The notes: generated by a model from the letters alone, not told the origin. A stretch of 64,000 nt of DNA from Octopus sinensis (GCF_006345805.1 NC_042997.1:196664001-196728000); one strand, 5' to 3'. Positions 1 to 13,470 are shown, counted from the stretch's first letter. Made by a program: numbers and translations.

Positions 1-115
1 TACTATCTATTTAATTATTTATACTATATTAAGTTTATGCGTATCATTATAGTATTACAAATATATGTATGTATGTATAATATATATAGTATGATATAAC
101 ATATATATGCATTGT

Positions 116-407
116 TATATTTCAAGACGGTCATTTTGTTTTTGCCAAATAAACACACGTGCTATATATCTGTTCTTGACTTCTGATATATTTCTGTTCT
201 TATTTTATGTTCTTTATCTGAAAATCTTTCGTCACACATCCTGTGACCTCCTACATGTCTCCTCCTATTCCGGAAGAGTTGCGGAAGTGGTAAAGGACAT
301 AAAATATGAACAATAATAAATCTGAAGTGAAAAACAAATATATATATATAGCGCGTGTGTTTATTTGGCAAAAAAACCCAAAAAAACAATGACCATCCCG
401 AAATATA
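116..407. repeat. Imperfect foldback element, arms ~116-220 and ~290-407
   Basis: tatatttcaagacggtcatt..gccaaataaacacacgtgctatatat is mirrored by atatatagcgcgtgtgtttatttggc..aatgaccatcccgaaatata; the inner ttcttattttatgttcttta is mirrored by taaaggacataaaatatgaa. Confidence 0.75.
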
Positions 408-547
408 AGAACACACGAGTTTACATCAGGAATCGTGCAAAACTAATACATACATACATACATACATGCATATGTAATCTGAGCGAACAGGGTTTCTGAA
501 AGAAGCCTGCGAAACTAAGTCGCATCGAACCGAATGAAACTATTTTA

Positions 548-583
<36 letters not shown>

Positions 584-873
584 CTGGAAGAAGCAAAATC
601 AAATGTATAGACGGGCTAGAGATACCGTTGGGGAAGGTTATGAAGCAAATAGAAGAGAAGTACTTGGGGATATTGCAAATGGATAAATTTGATGGAGAAA
701 GAAATGACAGAAAAAATTTAAGGTAGAGTATTTGCTCAGACTGAGACTGGTCCTTAAGTCGAAATCAAACGGACAATAAGATTAAAGCTATCAAGACCTG
801 GGCGGTTTCACTACTTTTATATATGGAGCAGGGGTAATCACATGGGCAGTAGACGAACTAAACAGCTCAGACA
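584..873 (+). mobile_element. Degenerate R4/Dong-clade LINE fragment (RT C-terminal region) directly after (AAT)n at 548-583
   Basis: Frameshifted translation DGLEIPLGKVMKQIEEKYLGILQMDK / MEKEMTEKFKVEYLLRLRLVLKSK / NKIKAIKTWAVSLL / YGAGVITWAVDELNSSDR matches the KYLG..EY.RR.R..LKS.LNG.NKI.AINTWA..RY.AG pattern of R4/Dong RTs. Confidence 0.85.
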
Positions 874-1240
874 GGCGAAATGCTGAGCGGTATTTCGCCT
901 GTCTTTACGTTCTGAGTTCAAATTCCGCTGAGGATGACTTTGCCTTTCATCCTTTCGGGGTCGATAAATTAAGTACCAGTTACGCACTGGTGTCGATATA
1001 ATCGACTTAATCCGTTTGTCTGTCCTTGTTTATCCCCTCTGTGTGTAGCACCTTGTGGGCAGTAAAAAAATAGGTATTTCGTCTGCCGTTACGTTCTGAG
1101 TTCAAACTCCGCCGAGGTCCACTTTGCCTTTCATCCTTTCGCGGGTCAATAAATTAAGTACCAGTTGTGTATTGGTTCAATATAAGCGACCGGCCCCCTC
1201 CTCCAAAATTTCGGGCCTTGTACCTAGTGTAGAAAAGAAT
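874..1240 (+). mobile_element. M-family tRNA-derived SINE dimer (junction 1072/1073)
   Basis: B-box gagttcaaattcc and core gactttgcctttcatcctttcggggtcgataaattaagtaccag (resembles the Meta/MESC SINE domain); second unit starts ggtatttcgtc and has a different tail. Confidence 0.9.
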
Positions 1241-1909
1241 AAATGTTCTCATTTTCCAAACCTTGTTTCAGATATATATTGATGAATATGATAAGTAATT
1301 AATGAATTAACCTATATCCATCAGATCTCACACATGTATATGCACATACATATATATATTTATATATGTGTCTGTATATATAGTGGTTATGAATATGCTT
1401 ATACTTCATTCTAACTCTGTATTTGTTATCCCTCCGTAATTTATATACATTTCATACTTCATCTATCTAACTTCGTTTCTATCTATCTATCTTTCTATGC
1501 ATGCGTGCGTGCGCGTGTATAGTCGTGTGTTGCATATGTACATTTGTTTCAATATTTATTTATTTCAGTATTTATCTATTTATTTATTTATGCATATGCA
1601 ATAGTGTACATCTTCTCAAGTAGTATGTCGAGGATCTGCAGAGCGTCAATAGTTTCTGCTGCAAAATTCAATAAAGACCTGCTTATAAAAACATGAAGTT
1701 TGAATGTATAAAAGTAGTTTGACAGCCGAATTCATACACTGAATTTAAAATAACTAATGAGGAATGTATATATGCATGGTTCTACCCGCACAAACACATG
1801 CAAACGTCCAGGTCGGTCGTAATCACGCACAGTTTTACTTGCACTGACAAAGGCACGCTCACAAACAAGCGGACACACACATATACATAGACAGTATAAT
1901 CTTTTCTGT

Positions 1910-2387
1910 GGACTCGCAATGGCCCAGTGGTTAGGTCGTGGGAACGCGGTTTCGATTCCCAGACCGGGTGTTATAAGTATTTATTGAGCGAAAACACCTA
2001 AAACTCGACGAGGCTCTGGCAGGGGTAGGTGGTGAACCTAGCTGCACTCTTTCACCACAACTTTCTCTCACTCTTTCTTCTTGTTTCTTTTGTACCTATT
2101 TAAAAAAATTTTTTTTATTACCCACAAGGGGCTAAACGTAGAGGGGACAAACAAGGACAGACATAGGTATTAAGTCGATTACATCGACCCCAGTGCATAA
2201 CTGGTACTTAATTTATCGACCCCCAAAGGATGAAAGGCAAAGTCGACCTCGGCGGAATTTGAACTCACAACGTAACGGCAGACGAAATACGGCTAAGCAT
2301 CTCGCCCGGTGTGCTAACGTTTCTGCCAGCTCGCCGCCTTTTGTACCTGTATTTCAAAGGGCCAGCCTTGTCACACACTGTGTCACA
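1910..2387 (+). mobile_element. O-head tRNA-derived SINE with tail C, interrupted by an M-SINE
   Basis: Head gcaatggcccagtggttagg..ggtttcgattcccagaccggg; body breaks at ttttgtacct (~2088-2097) and resumes ttgtacctgtatttcaaagggccagccttgtcac at 2341. Confidence 0.75.
2105..2338 (-). mobile_element. M-family SINE, full length, nested in the O-head SINE
   Basis: Reverse complement runs ggcggcgagctggcagaaacgttagcacacc to cccttgtgggtaataaa; ttgtacct repeated on both flanks. Confidence 0.92.
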
Positions 2388-2625
2388 CCAACATCGGTTG
2401 TCAAGCGATGGTGGAGGAGAAACACAGACACACACACATACTACGGGCTTCTTTCAGTTTCTGTCTACCAAATCCACTCACAAGGCTTTGGTCGGTTCGA
2501 AGCTGTAGTAGACGTAAACACACCAACATCGGATATCAAGCGATAGTTTAGGAGCAAGCACAGACACAAAGACACAAACATAAATATATACGTATAATAT
2601 ATCCGATAGGCTTCCTTCAGTTTCC
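2388..2625 (-). mobile_element. Two V-family SINE fragments
   Basis: caccaacatcggttgtcaagcgatg..gggcttctttcagtttctgtctaccaaatccactcacaaggctttggtcgg is the reverse complement of the body at 2733-3166. Confidence 0.8.
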
Positions 2626-2732
2626 CCTACACACACACACACATATATATATGTCACTGGAACCAGGATGCAGAACTCCGTGTGATCGCTTGAATTATGC
2701 TAAAAATAACAGCCGAATCTCTCTCAAATAAT

Positions 2733-2899
2733 ATGAGTGGTTGTGTGGTAAGTAGCTTGCTTACCAACCATATGGTTCCGGGTTCATTCCCACTGCATGG
2801 CACCTTGGACAAGTGTCTTCTACTTATAGCCTCGGGCCGACCAAAGCCTTGTGAGTGGATTTAGTTGACGGAAACTGAAAGAAGCCCGTCGTATATATG

Positions 2900-2930
<31 letters not shown>

Positions 2931-3166
2931 TATATATATTTATATATGTATGTGTGTGTGTATGTTTGTGCGTCTGTGTTTGTCCCCCTCCCAACACCGC
3001 TTCACAACCGATGCCGGTGTGTTTACGTCCCCGTAACTTAGCGATTCGGCAAAAGAGACCGATAGACTAGGCTTACAAAGAATAAGTCCTGGGGTCGATT
3101 TGCTCGACTAAAGGCGGTGCTCCAGCATGGCCACAGTCACATGACTGAAACAAGTAAGAGAGTAAC
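2733..3166 (+). mobile_element. V-family tRNA-derived SINE, full length, with internal (TA)n
   Basis: Head gagtggttgtgtggtaagtagcttgcttaccaaccatatggttccgggttc, body ggcaccttggacaagtgtcttctac, tail gcggtgctccagcatggccacagtcacatgactgaaacaagtaag. Confidence 0.92.
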
Positions 3167-3174
3167 ACACACAA

Positions 3175-3588
3175 GGGCGGCGAGCTGACAGACACGTTAG
3201 CGCGCCGGGCGAAAGACTTAACGGTATTTCGTCTATAGTTACGTTGTGAGTTCAAATTCCGCCGAGGTCGACTTTGCCTTTCATCCTTTCGGGGTCGATA
3301 AATAAAGTACCGGTTTGGCACTGGGGTCGATGTAATCGACTTAATCCTTTTGTCTGTCCTTGTTTATCCCCTGTATTTAGCCCCTTGTGGGTAGTAAAGA
3401 AATAGGTATTTCGTCTGTCGTTACGTTCAGAGTTCAAATTCCGCCGAGGTCGAGTTTGCCTTTCATCCTTTCGGGGTCGATTAAATAAGTACCAGTTACG
3501 CACTGGGGTCGATATAATCGACTCAATCCGTTTGTCTGTCCTTGTTTGTCCCCTCTATGTGTAGCCCCCTTGTGAGTAATAAAGAAAT
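3175..3588 (+). mobile_element. M-family SINE dimer (junction 3404/3405)
   Basis: Full head at 3175, tail gtagtaaagaaata, then ggtatttcgtc and a second body and tail. Confidence 0.92.
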
Positions 3589-4274
3589 ATATACAAACAC
3601 ACACACGCACGCACGCACACGATCGAATCGCTTGCCGTTGGAATGTCGCTCATCATACAGATATGCTTGAAGATCGACCCTTGGGTAAAACAAAAAATAA
3701 AAATAATAGAATAATCAATGTCACTCAGTTTGTATTGCTGTTGTTGTTGTTATTATTGCTGCTGTTGTTGTTGTTCCTTGTCTTACTACAATAACCTCTG
3801 CTTTTCCTCCTACCGTCATACCCAGTAGTATTTATTTTATTATAACAATACAGCTTTTTTACATACAGGCAATTTGTTTCTTTAAAGAGAAAGGGAGAAA
3901 TTTGCAGATTGAATGAATTCCAAATTTTAGAGCCTTTCTTAAGAATATTAGAATACACAATAAGAGAAGAATGGAATGAACGAATGAATTGAATGGGAAT
4001 AATAATAACAATAAACTACAATGAACCACGGGAGCGAAAGAAACAACGGTAGCAGCAGCGACAGCGTTAGTAGTAGTAGTAGTAAGTAGGCTCTAAAGAG
4101 ACGTTGAAATGCTATGCTCACTATTCGGATTCCATTCATGTTTGTACTCCCTGCTGTCGCTAATGTACCACACAAGCAAAACATGACTATAGCGCAGTCT
4201 TAACCTCCCTTATAAAACATATGGACTCGTCCCACATTGTTTCACTGTTTCCATATACATATTAAGCTTGTGTA

Positions 4275-4437
4275 AACGTTTATCTATCCAGCCAATCTCT
4301 ATCTATCTATCTATCTATCTATTATATCTATCTATCTATCTATCTATTATATCTATCTATCTATCTATCTATTATATCTATCTATCTATCTGTCTATCTG
4401 TCTGTTATATCTAGCTGTCTATCTATCTATCTGTCTA

Positions 4438-4497
<60 letters not shown>

Positions 4498-4826
4498 TCT
4501 ATCTCTATCTCTCTCTCTATCTATCTACTTTCATCTAAATATTATTCTTACATAAGAAATACTTGCAACTCAAACAGCTAACTCTTTCTTCACACCATTA
4601 TCTGTGCGTGTGAGTGTGCGATCGCGTGTGTGCATGTGTGTGTCCGTGTGAGTGTATGTTTGAAACATGTTTGTGTGTATATATGCGTGTATATATGTTT
4701 GTATACAGGTATATATATATATATATAGATATATGTATATGTGTGTATGGATATATATGTATATGTCTCTCTCTCTCTCTCTATATATATATATAATAAC
4801 ATATCACAATAACAATATATATATAC

Positions 4827-4878
<52 letters not shown>

Positions 4879-4899
4879 TATATAGATATAGTGTATATA

Positions 4900-4939
<40 letters not shown>

Positions 4940-5157
4940 GTTATATATATATATATATATATATGTAAGTATATATATATACATATATTATATGTAAGTG
5001 TATATATATATATATATATATATGTAATGTATATATACATATATATATAATGTAATATATATATACATATATATATGTAAGTGTATATATATATATATAT
5101 ATATATATAAGTGTATGATTTGATTGATTTTGTATATATACATATATATATATGTAA

Positions 5158-5198
<41 letters not shown>

Positions 5199-5459
5199 TA
5201 TGTAAGTGTATATATACATATATATATATGTAAGTATATATATATATATACATATATACACATATATATATGTAAGTGTATATATACATATATATATATG
5301 TAAGTATATATATATATATAACATATATATATATATAATCATATATATATATGAAAGTATATATACATATATATATGTAAGTGTATATATACATATACAT
5401 ATATGTAAGTGTATATATACATATATATATGTAAGTGTATATATATATATATGGAAGTG

Positions 5460-5509
<50 letters not shown>

Positions 5510-5525
5510 AGTGTATATATATATA

Positions 5526-5556
<31 letters not shown>

Positions 5557-5560
5557 CATA
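4275..5560. repeat. (TCTA/TCTG)n followed by a long (TA)n tract with recurrent TGTAAG interruptions
   Basis: Direct reading. Confidence 0.95.
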
Positions 5561-5563
5561 ATA

Positions 5564-5728
5564 GGGAGAATTCACAAAAAAAAAAACAGAAGGCAAAGAC
5601 GGGTGGTGTAGACAATAAACGGATGTATTAGTATAAAGCTTGGGATGTGAAAAAGTCTTTAACGTTTCGAGCCTACGCTCTTCCACAGAAAGGAACACAG
5701 AAAGATACAAGGAGAGAAAATAAAGAAT
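5564..5728 (-). mobile_element. Short Penelope-like (PLE) terminal-repeat element with minimal hammerhead (U6 family), between (TA)n tracts
   Basis: Minus strand 5657-5692 reads CUUU CUGUGGA A GAGC GUAG GCUC GAAA CGU U AAAG; homologous to copies at 16629, 20957, 21191, 25763, 25995 and 40361. Confidence 0.75.
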
Positions 5729-5789
5729 GTGTATATATATACAGATATGTATATATACAGATATGTATATATACATATGTATGTGTGTG

Positions 5790-5846
<57 letters not shown>

Positions 5847-6429
5847 TGTGTGTGACATATATAGATATGTATGTATATAGATGTATGCACACACACACAC
5901 ATATATATATATATATGTGGATATCCACATATCCATCCTCTATGTATCTATACAAGATCTAAAGGATATCGAATCAAGAACTATACTTCTGCGTAAGTGA
6001 TATTACTTTCAGAAGTTTTCGATAGTTATTAGTAACGTATTAGAAGAACCGCTGACACATTTACTTGCAAAATCTGCCTTCAGTTAAGCATTTTCCAGAA
6101 GCTGTATATCTAAAAAGTGATTATCTGCTTGACAAAAGAAATTATTGTTTTCTCTTTATAACGTTAAGTAGGGGAAATATATCTCCAAAACTTCTATCAT
6201 TCTATTTAGTGCATTGTAAAAAAAAAAAAAAAGTAGTCGAGCTTATGAAAGGCTGTCTGTTGTAAAATACATTAAGTATAGCAAGAAATCATCTGATTGG
6301 ATGTAACGTATTTCTGTGACATCACTTTTAAATCGTACATATTCCTAATTGATGCTTTAGATGTTTGTCGTATGTACGATGTATTATTACGTGTGTGCGT
6401 GCGTGGATATTGGTGGCATGTACAAGTAA

Positions 6430-6950
6430 GGAGTAAAAGAAAATGAAAGAGATAGAGATAGAGAGAAGCAAGAGAGGAGCAAGTAGGAGAGAGAATGGCA
6501 GAGAAAGGGGGAGAGAGTTGGGGAAGGTTAGGAGATTGCGCGAGAGACAGAGTAAAACTTAAGAAATGAATAAAGAGAGTATATGTTTGTAAGAGGAGAG
6601 AGAGGAAGAGAGAGACGTGGAGAGAAAGTAACAGAAAAGTTGAATAAAATAGGAGAATGGGTGATAGTTTAAGAGAGAGAGTGAAGAGAGGACATGAGGA
6701 TGGATGATTGTATGAAAGAGTGAGGGTAAGAGCGAGAAATTGTTTGTATGTGTGTATAAGTGTGAGAGAGATAGAAAAAGTTTATTAAATATATATGACA
6801 AAGGTAGGAAGGAAGAAATGTATACACATATGAGAGAGAGAGGGAGGAGTGGAGAAATAAATGTTAGAGATGTGTCAAGGAAAGAGAAAAGAAAAGAAAG
6901 ATTAACGGAAAGGAAAAATAAATAAAATAAAGCGAAGGGAAAATGGAAAG
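6430..6950. repeat. Purine-rich (GA)-type low-complexity tract
   Basis: Direct reading. Confidence 0.8.
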
Positions 6951-7803
6951 CCACCTCGCCATGTTGGATTGTGCGAGTGTACAGAGTTAGGGGGAGACAT
7001 ATACTGTACCTCAGTGATGGTAGCAAGCACAGAATGACACTACGTCGATGATGATGATGGTGATGATAAGAAACTTACGTTAGAATGTCCTAGTTAAAGC
7101 AGAACTAATAATTACTTGGAAGCATTGTCAATCTAATTGTTCATTTCCTCCATCTTCCTGCTGGTCGTATGCTACCACGTGACTACCTTTACTAAGAGCT
7201 GATACAGAAAGCGAGACGTCAATCACATTAAGACACGCCGCCATTTTTATCGTGTTATTATTACTATTATTGTCGTTGTTGTTATACTATTATTATTATT
7301 GTTGTTGTTGTTTTTGTTGTTGCTGCTGTTTTGTTTGTGTTTTTTTTTTAAATTTATATTGTTTTTACCAGGAGTTACTCCAACGGTTAGTTTTCGTTAT
7401 ATAAGAATTGAACAAAACACCTACTACGGGAACATTACAATTTATGATACAGAAACACACTTCGCAGACCTAAGCAACCAAAAGTTATTGAATAAACACC
7501 AATAACCATAACAGCAACAACAACAACAACAGCAATAACAAGAACAACAGAAGCAACAACAACAGTGCCAACTAAACAACTACAGCAAGAATGGAACGAA
7601 AAGGTATACGAAGGAAGGAAAACAATACCATTTAATCGAAAAGTCACATTTACTAGATAATATTTACGTGTGCTTTATATGTACGTTTAATGTATATTTT
7701 ATTAAAAGCAGATACATTGACATGACAGGAATATATTTGTAATGGACTAGTTTGAATGACATTCGATAAATCTTTCAAAGAAGGGAACGAAAGTTAGTAC
7801 ATT

Positions 7804-8008
7804 GGAACAATTCAAAGACGTTGTTCTGTTATTGTCTGTGATAAAATGAAATTCTAGATCCCGTTCGTGACTAGACGACGTAGGTTCAATTCTAGCTTTC
7901 GCGATGCTTTCGGAACAATTCATAGACGTTCTGTTATTATCTGTGCCAAAATGAAATTCTAGATCTCGTTCGTAGCTAGACGGCGTAGGTTCAATTCTAG
8001 CTCTCACG
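7804..8008. repeat. Tandem duplication, ~108-bp period x2
   Basis: ggaacaattca.agacgtt..aaaatgaaattctagat..ctagacg.cgtaggttcaattctagct starts at 7804 and 7912. Confidence 0.92.
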
Positions 8009-8103
8009 AAGGCAATACTAACGTCCTCTCAACGATTAGCTTGAGATGATTTTTAAAATGAGAATATCTGAAATAAACTCGACTGCTCTCACAAACGAAA
8101 ATA

Positions 8104-8347
8104 TTAATAATGAATCCGACTGTTCTCAAAAATTAAGTTAAAAAAAAACGGAAAAATAATCCAGAATCCTTGTCCAGTCCCGGATCGATTCCCAAATCTA
8201 ATCAGTTTGTGCCAGACACGAGGCCAAACATCCCTGAAAATTTCATCCGAATCCATCCAGCGGTTCTTGAGATATCTTGTCCACGGACAAACAAACAAAC
8301 AAATATAACTGAAAACAATACCTCCATCTTCGCTAAGGCAGAGGTAA
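8104..8347 (+). mobile_element. HINE/DINE-1-like non-autonomous Helentron-type element
   Basis: Internal aaaatttcatccgaatccatccagcggtt motif, (ACAA)n, and terminal hairpin tacctccatctt-cgct-aaggcagaggta (10 of 12 pairs) at 8319-8346. Confidence 0.65.
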
Positions 8348-10021
8348 CAAAAACAATGGGCTTTTTTAAAAAAAAAACATCTAATGGCTGTGGAGTTCAA
8401 GTAGAGTAAAATAAAAATCGAAAGTGTCCGTAAGCAAAAAATATGTAGAGGTTTTATGTGTTGGATCATTTTATGTTAAGGCATTATATTATCCGATCTC
8501 TGACATAATCGATTGAAACATATCAAGGAAATTTGGTCTTTTGCAACAAAGAAGCATTGAGATAGAGCTGAAGTATTGCAGAGCATAAGGTTATATAAGG
8601 ATAGCTTAAGCGCACCCACATGAGATCAACAAGTTCAAATCCTACCCAGTGATGTAAGTCAGTTGAACGTATTTCCTTTCCAACACTACTGAAATGAAAC
8701 TGATAACAATTTCACTGCATTTTATTCTTTGGGGAATGTACAAATAAATTTCTCAAATGAAAGATAGATACTAATGAATCGCAATCTCTCGTAATCGTGA
8801 AAACTTCAGATCAAAAATTTATCCTTCTCGGAAACACAAATTATTTCGGCTTTGTACTCTTTGTCTCTATACAAAACAGAATTTCTCTCCTCGCTAGATT
8901 ACTGTCTGTTCATGAACTAGGACGAAAAAGCTGCTATAGGCAAACCTTCTACACTGATTCCTTCGAAATGAAGTTCCGACTGACAGACCCTGATCCTATG
9001 AACTTCAAGTTGTAAAGAGCCAATACAGAAGATCACCTTTATTTCGTTGTCCTTATACAAACTCGACACTAGAAATTTCTCTCATGTTAGAACTCTCTTC
9101 TTACCCACTTTTCCTCACAAACAAAATATTCACGTTGGAATTCAGACTGAACATCAATCGTAGTGACCGCAGATGTCCTGAAGGGTTTCTAAAGATCATG
9201 TTTACAGCGCTTTCTTTCTAGGCTAAAATGTCAAAACACTTGAAGATGCTCTTAAGATACTTTTTGTAACGATAAGCGATGTGTATTGATTGAATCTACC
9301 AGTCACGTGTTTGGAGTTTTAGTTTATTGAGACATTTAAATGATTTTGGAATTTACAGTTTAAATAGTCCGTATGCATTTACAAACGCAATTACAAACGA
9401 ACGGAGTAGTGTGAAATGGGATTAAGTTCGTAGACAGCTGAGTCGGTGATTCCTAGCTGTGGTAAATAACCTACAAAACAATGGGTTGTTCTTGTTTTTC
9501 ACACAGAGACCCATAGACAAAACTACTGGTGGTGTTTGAGTGATGTTTTGATGTATTCAATTTTCTTTTCCACCCATAACATTAGTTTTTCAGATGTCAT
9601 CTTAAATTTTAATTTAACTTTAACTTAAAATCAAACAAACACACAAATACAAAGTTCAGAGATTCGATTGACAAACGCAAACAGAAAGGCGAATCGAGGT
9701 TTCAAATACATCCTCCGGATTGGTGCCAGTTACGTATTGATGCAATGATTGAGTCATTTCTTGAGCCATGAAGTACAGTATCAAATAGTTATAAAATCAA
9801 GAAAAAAAAAACGAAGAAAACAACAACAAACAAAATTACCAACACGTAAACAAATACAAAATTAAACCGAGGCTACACAAAGAAAGTCCTCCATTTTGGT
9901 GTCAATTAGATACAAAAATTGTTGCCATTTCTGCAGCCATATTTTGCTGTAGCAGTATTAAACTACTGTTTCATCTATGCGTATGTTTTTGTTCAGCAGT
10001 CGGTCGTCCAGAGTCGCCGTC

Positions 10022-10147
10022 TTAGGGCCAGTTAACACGGTTCAATTGATCGCTGCTGATGAGACGCCGTGATACAACTGCGTCGTGCAAACTAACCCAT
10101 GGTGCAGCCTTCATAACGAGTTCATTCCCGAAAAAAATTCTGTCAAT
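10022..10147 (-). CDS. Candidate terminal coding exon, unidentified protein ([41 protein letters not shown])
   Basis: Higher-GC unique patch, ccattcag acceptor, 41 open codons to TAA, followed by ~1.5 kb of repeat-free sequence; no partner exon or recognisable homology found. Confidence 0.3.
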   Translation of the reverse strand: MDRIFFGNELVMKAAPWVSLHDAVVSRRLISSDQLNRVNWP

Positions 10148-10211
10148 CTGAATGGGGTTAATGTGACACAGTACAGTAATTATACACACAGACGCAAACA
10201 CACAACAGACG

Positions 10212-10212
<1 letters not shown>

Positions 10213-10280
<68 letters not shown>

Positions 10281-10506
10281 CTATATATATTATATATATA
10301 TAATGTTTTGTATAGATATATGTGAATATATGTATGTAAATATATACATGAATATTGTATGTATATATATACATGAATATATGTATGTATATATATATAC
10401 ATGATATATGTATGTATATATATATATATATGAATATATGTATGTATATGAATATATGTATGTATGTATGTATATATATGGATATATGTATGTATGTATA
10501 TATGAA

Positions 10507-10537
<31 letters not shown>

Positions 10538-11215
10538 GAATATATGTATGTATATGAATATATGTATGTATGTATATATATGGATATATGTATGTATGTA
10601 TATATGAATATATGTATATATATGGATATATGTATGTATGTATATATGGATATATGTATGTATGTATATATGAATATATGTATATATATGGATATATGTA
10701 TGTATGTATATGAATATATGTATATATATATATATTATATATATATATATATATAATATATGTATATATGTATGTATATATATATATATATATGAATATA
10801 TGTATGTATGTATATATATATGAATATATGTATGTATGTATGTATATATATATATATGAATATATGTATGTATATATATATATGAATATATGTATGTATG
10901 TATATATATATATATGAATATATGTATGTATGTATATATATATGAATATATGTATGTATGTATATATATATGAATATATGTATGTATATATATATGAATA
11001 TATGTATGTATGTATATATATATAAATATATGTATGTATGTATATCTAAATGTAAATATAATATATATATTATATATACATACATATTACATATATCTAT
11101 ATATATATATATATACATAGCTATATTAACATATATATATATATATATATATATGAATATATATATATATATACATAGCTATATTAACATATATATATAT
11201 ATAGATAATTATATG
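10213..11215. repeat. (TA)n-derived higher-order repeat (tatatatgaatatatgtatgtatg units)
   Basis: Direct reading. Confidence 0.93.
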
Positions 11216-12347
11216 AGTAGTCACACACAAATAAACGTCCTGATATACGGTAAAACTTAAAACACAAATTATTAGTTCACATTCAATAATAACGTTGTCA
11301 CGTTTAGTATATTAGCAGTTTTCATACGAAAGCGTTTTCACAGTTTATTGGGAATGTTGATTTTAGTACTCAGATTCCAAAGTGTTAAATTATGGATTAT
11401 CTTGGAGAGTGATGTAAGAAATCGGTGAGTATCTGGTAGATCGTTGAACTGTTTACATCAATAAAATGGTTGTTAAAATGAACACCTTATATGTTATATC
11501 GTAATATTGCTGGTTTTGAATTATAATAATGTATATTTAGGTATCGATGTATCAATGTATCAATATTTTTTCGTGTTGTTTTATATTGTTTTTACGCCGT
11601 TGATCAGTTGTACGATCAGGTTTAATGTTGCATTAAGTTGATGAGCCTTGTTCAGTGTAGTTAGATTTTATTTATATATACTGCAATGATTCGAGCAAGT
11701 TACAATACACCTTTTATTTCCTCTCGTTGAATATATAAAAATTGCTATATAGTGAATCATTTTTACGTAACACCGGGTTTGCATGGGTCATCAAATGTGG
11801 AACAGAAATATATTTCGATTTTGCCTCTATTTCATTGACGGTAAATGATGATAAGTAACGTGTTATAAGTAGAGGTTTGTTGGAACTAAGTGAATCGAAG
11901 ACCTCAAATGACATGTTCTTTTATGGAATATTTCCTATGATTCGCTCCCTTCAGTACAAGCATGATTGCAGATATTTGGAGAAGTACTCATTAGTTCAAT
12001 TAAAAAAAAATACATAACACCACACAATCGGATCTTATCTACATTACAACTTAACGCCCTAAAATTGAAATACATCAGAGAAAATATTGTCCAAGATACA
12101 CATTGATTATAAAAAATAGAAGAGAAAATATTCGTAGATGAAATTCATTTAACCCCCGATCCGTTCTGAGCTGACGTGGGGCAGAAGAACAACAAAAACT
12201 ATGACAACATTAAAACAAACAACAATATAAACCGGTGTGAAAGTATAGCGAAGTTTATGTTTGATAATTAAGGATTGAAAATAGGATATGAATGACAGTG
12301 AGTGATAAGGAAATTATAGTTTTAAAACTTAATGTATCATACATTTA

Positions 12348-12515
12348 TTATTCTTTTCTACTCTAGGCACAACGCCTGAAATTTTGGGGAAGGAGGCCAG
12401 TCGATTAGATTGACTCTAATACGCAACTGTTACTTAATTTATCGACCCTGAAATGATGAAAGGCAAAGTGGACCTCGGCGGAATTTGAACTTAGAACGGA
12501 ACAGCAGACGAAATA
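12348..12515 (-). mobile_element. M-family SINE, 5'-truncated, alternate tail
   Basis: cttaatttatcgaccctgaaatgatgaaaggcaaagtggacctcggcggaatttgaac. Confidence 0.85.
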
Positions 12516-12949
12516 TTTTATTTATTTAATCAACATATTGCAGGATAAAAAGCAAAATTTAAGCTGACTAAAGTACATGGGTAGGAGTTGAAGTTGTTGA
12601 TCTCGTATGTGCTTGAATAAGCCTAAGAAAGTGAGAAGATGCAAAAACAAAAAAAATAATGCATAGTGTTCGACGTCACATTCTACTGATAAAGCAAATT
12701 TGTGCGCCGTTCGCTGTAACGTAAATACAAGTTCACCGCCTTTTTCTGCGATGCTCCAACGTATCTACCAATTTAGTGCCAAGTTTGTTCGTCGTCTTAT
12801 GTACCTACCATCGTGCCCACCACCTACCTTGAGACAAAATACAATAATCGCTGCATTATGTCATTATATAATTGGCGGGAAAAGAATAACAATGTATATC
12901 CCAAAGCAGATTTTAAGCATACGTACAAAGATACATGCAAACACACACA

Positions 12950-12953
12950 CACG

Positions 12954-13004
<51 letters not shown>

Positions 13005-13216
13005 AACTATATAATTATATATATACCTATCTATCAATATATGTATGTATGTGTGTGTGTGTGTATATATATATATATGCATCTATATATGTATATATGT
13101 ATCTACATATGTATATATGTATCTATATATGTATATATATATATATATATGTGGGTGTATCTATATATACATATATATGTGGGTGTATCTTATATACATA
13201 TATATGTATCTATATA

Positions 13217-13262
<46 letters not shown>

Positions 13263-13389
13263 ATATAACTATATATACATATCAATATCTATATATATGT
13301 GTATATATATATATATATCTACATATGTATAAATATATATATAAGTGTATATATATATATATATATATATACATATATATGTATGTAGA

Positions 13390-13424
<35 letters not shown>

Positions 13425-13470
13425 TTACACATACACATGCATACATACATACATACATACATATATATGT
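12950..13470. repeat. (TA)n/(TG)n compound microsatellite
   Basis: Direct reading. Confidence 0.93.

Noticed and set aside
490-530. CUGAAAGA..GAAACUAAGUC hammerhead-like string
   Set aside because: Extra core base, stem II only 2 bp with a 2-nt loop, no stem I pairing
8590-8680. agttcaaatcc B-box-like remnant
   Set aside because: No A-box or cloverleaf; too short to call
10056-10092. CUGAUGA-GACGC..GCGUC hammerhead-like start
   Set aside because: Followed by GUGCAAAC, not GAAA; no stem I or III
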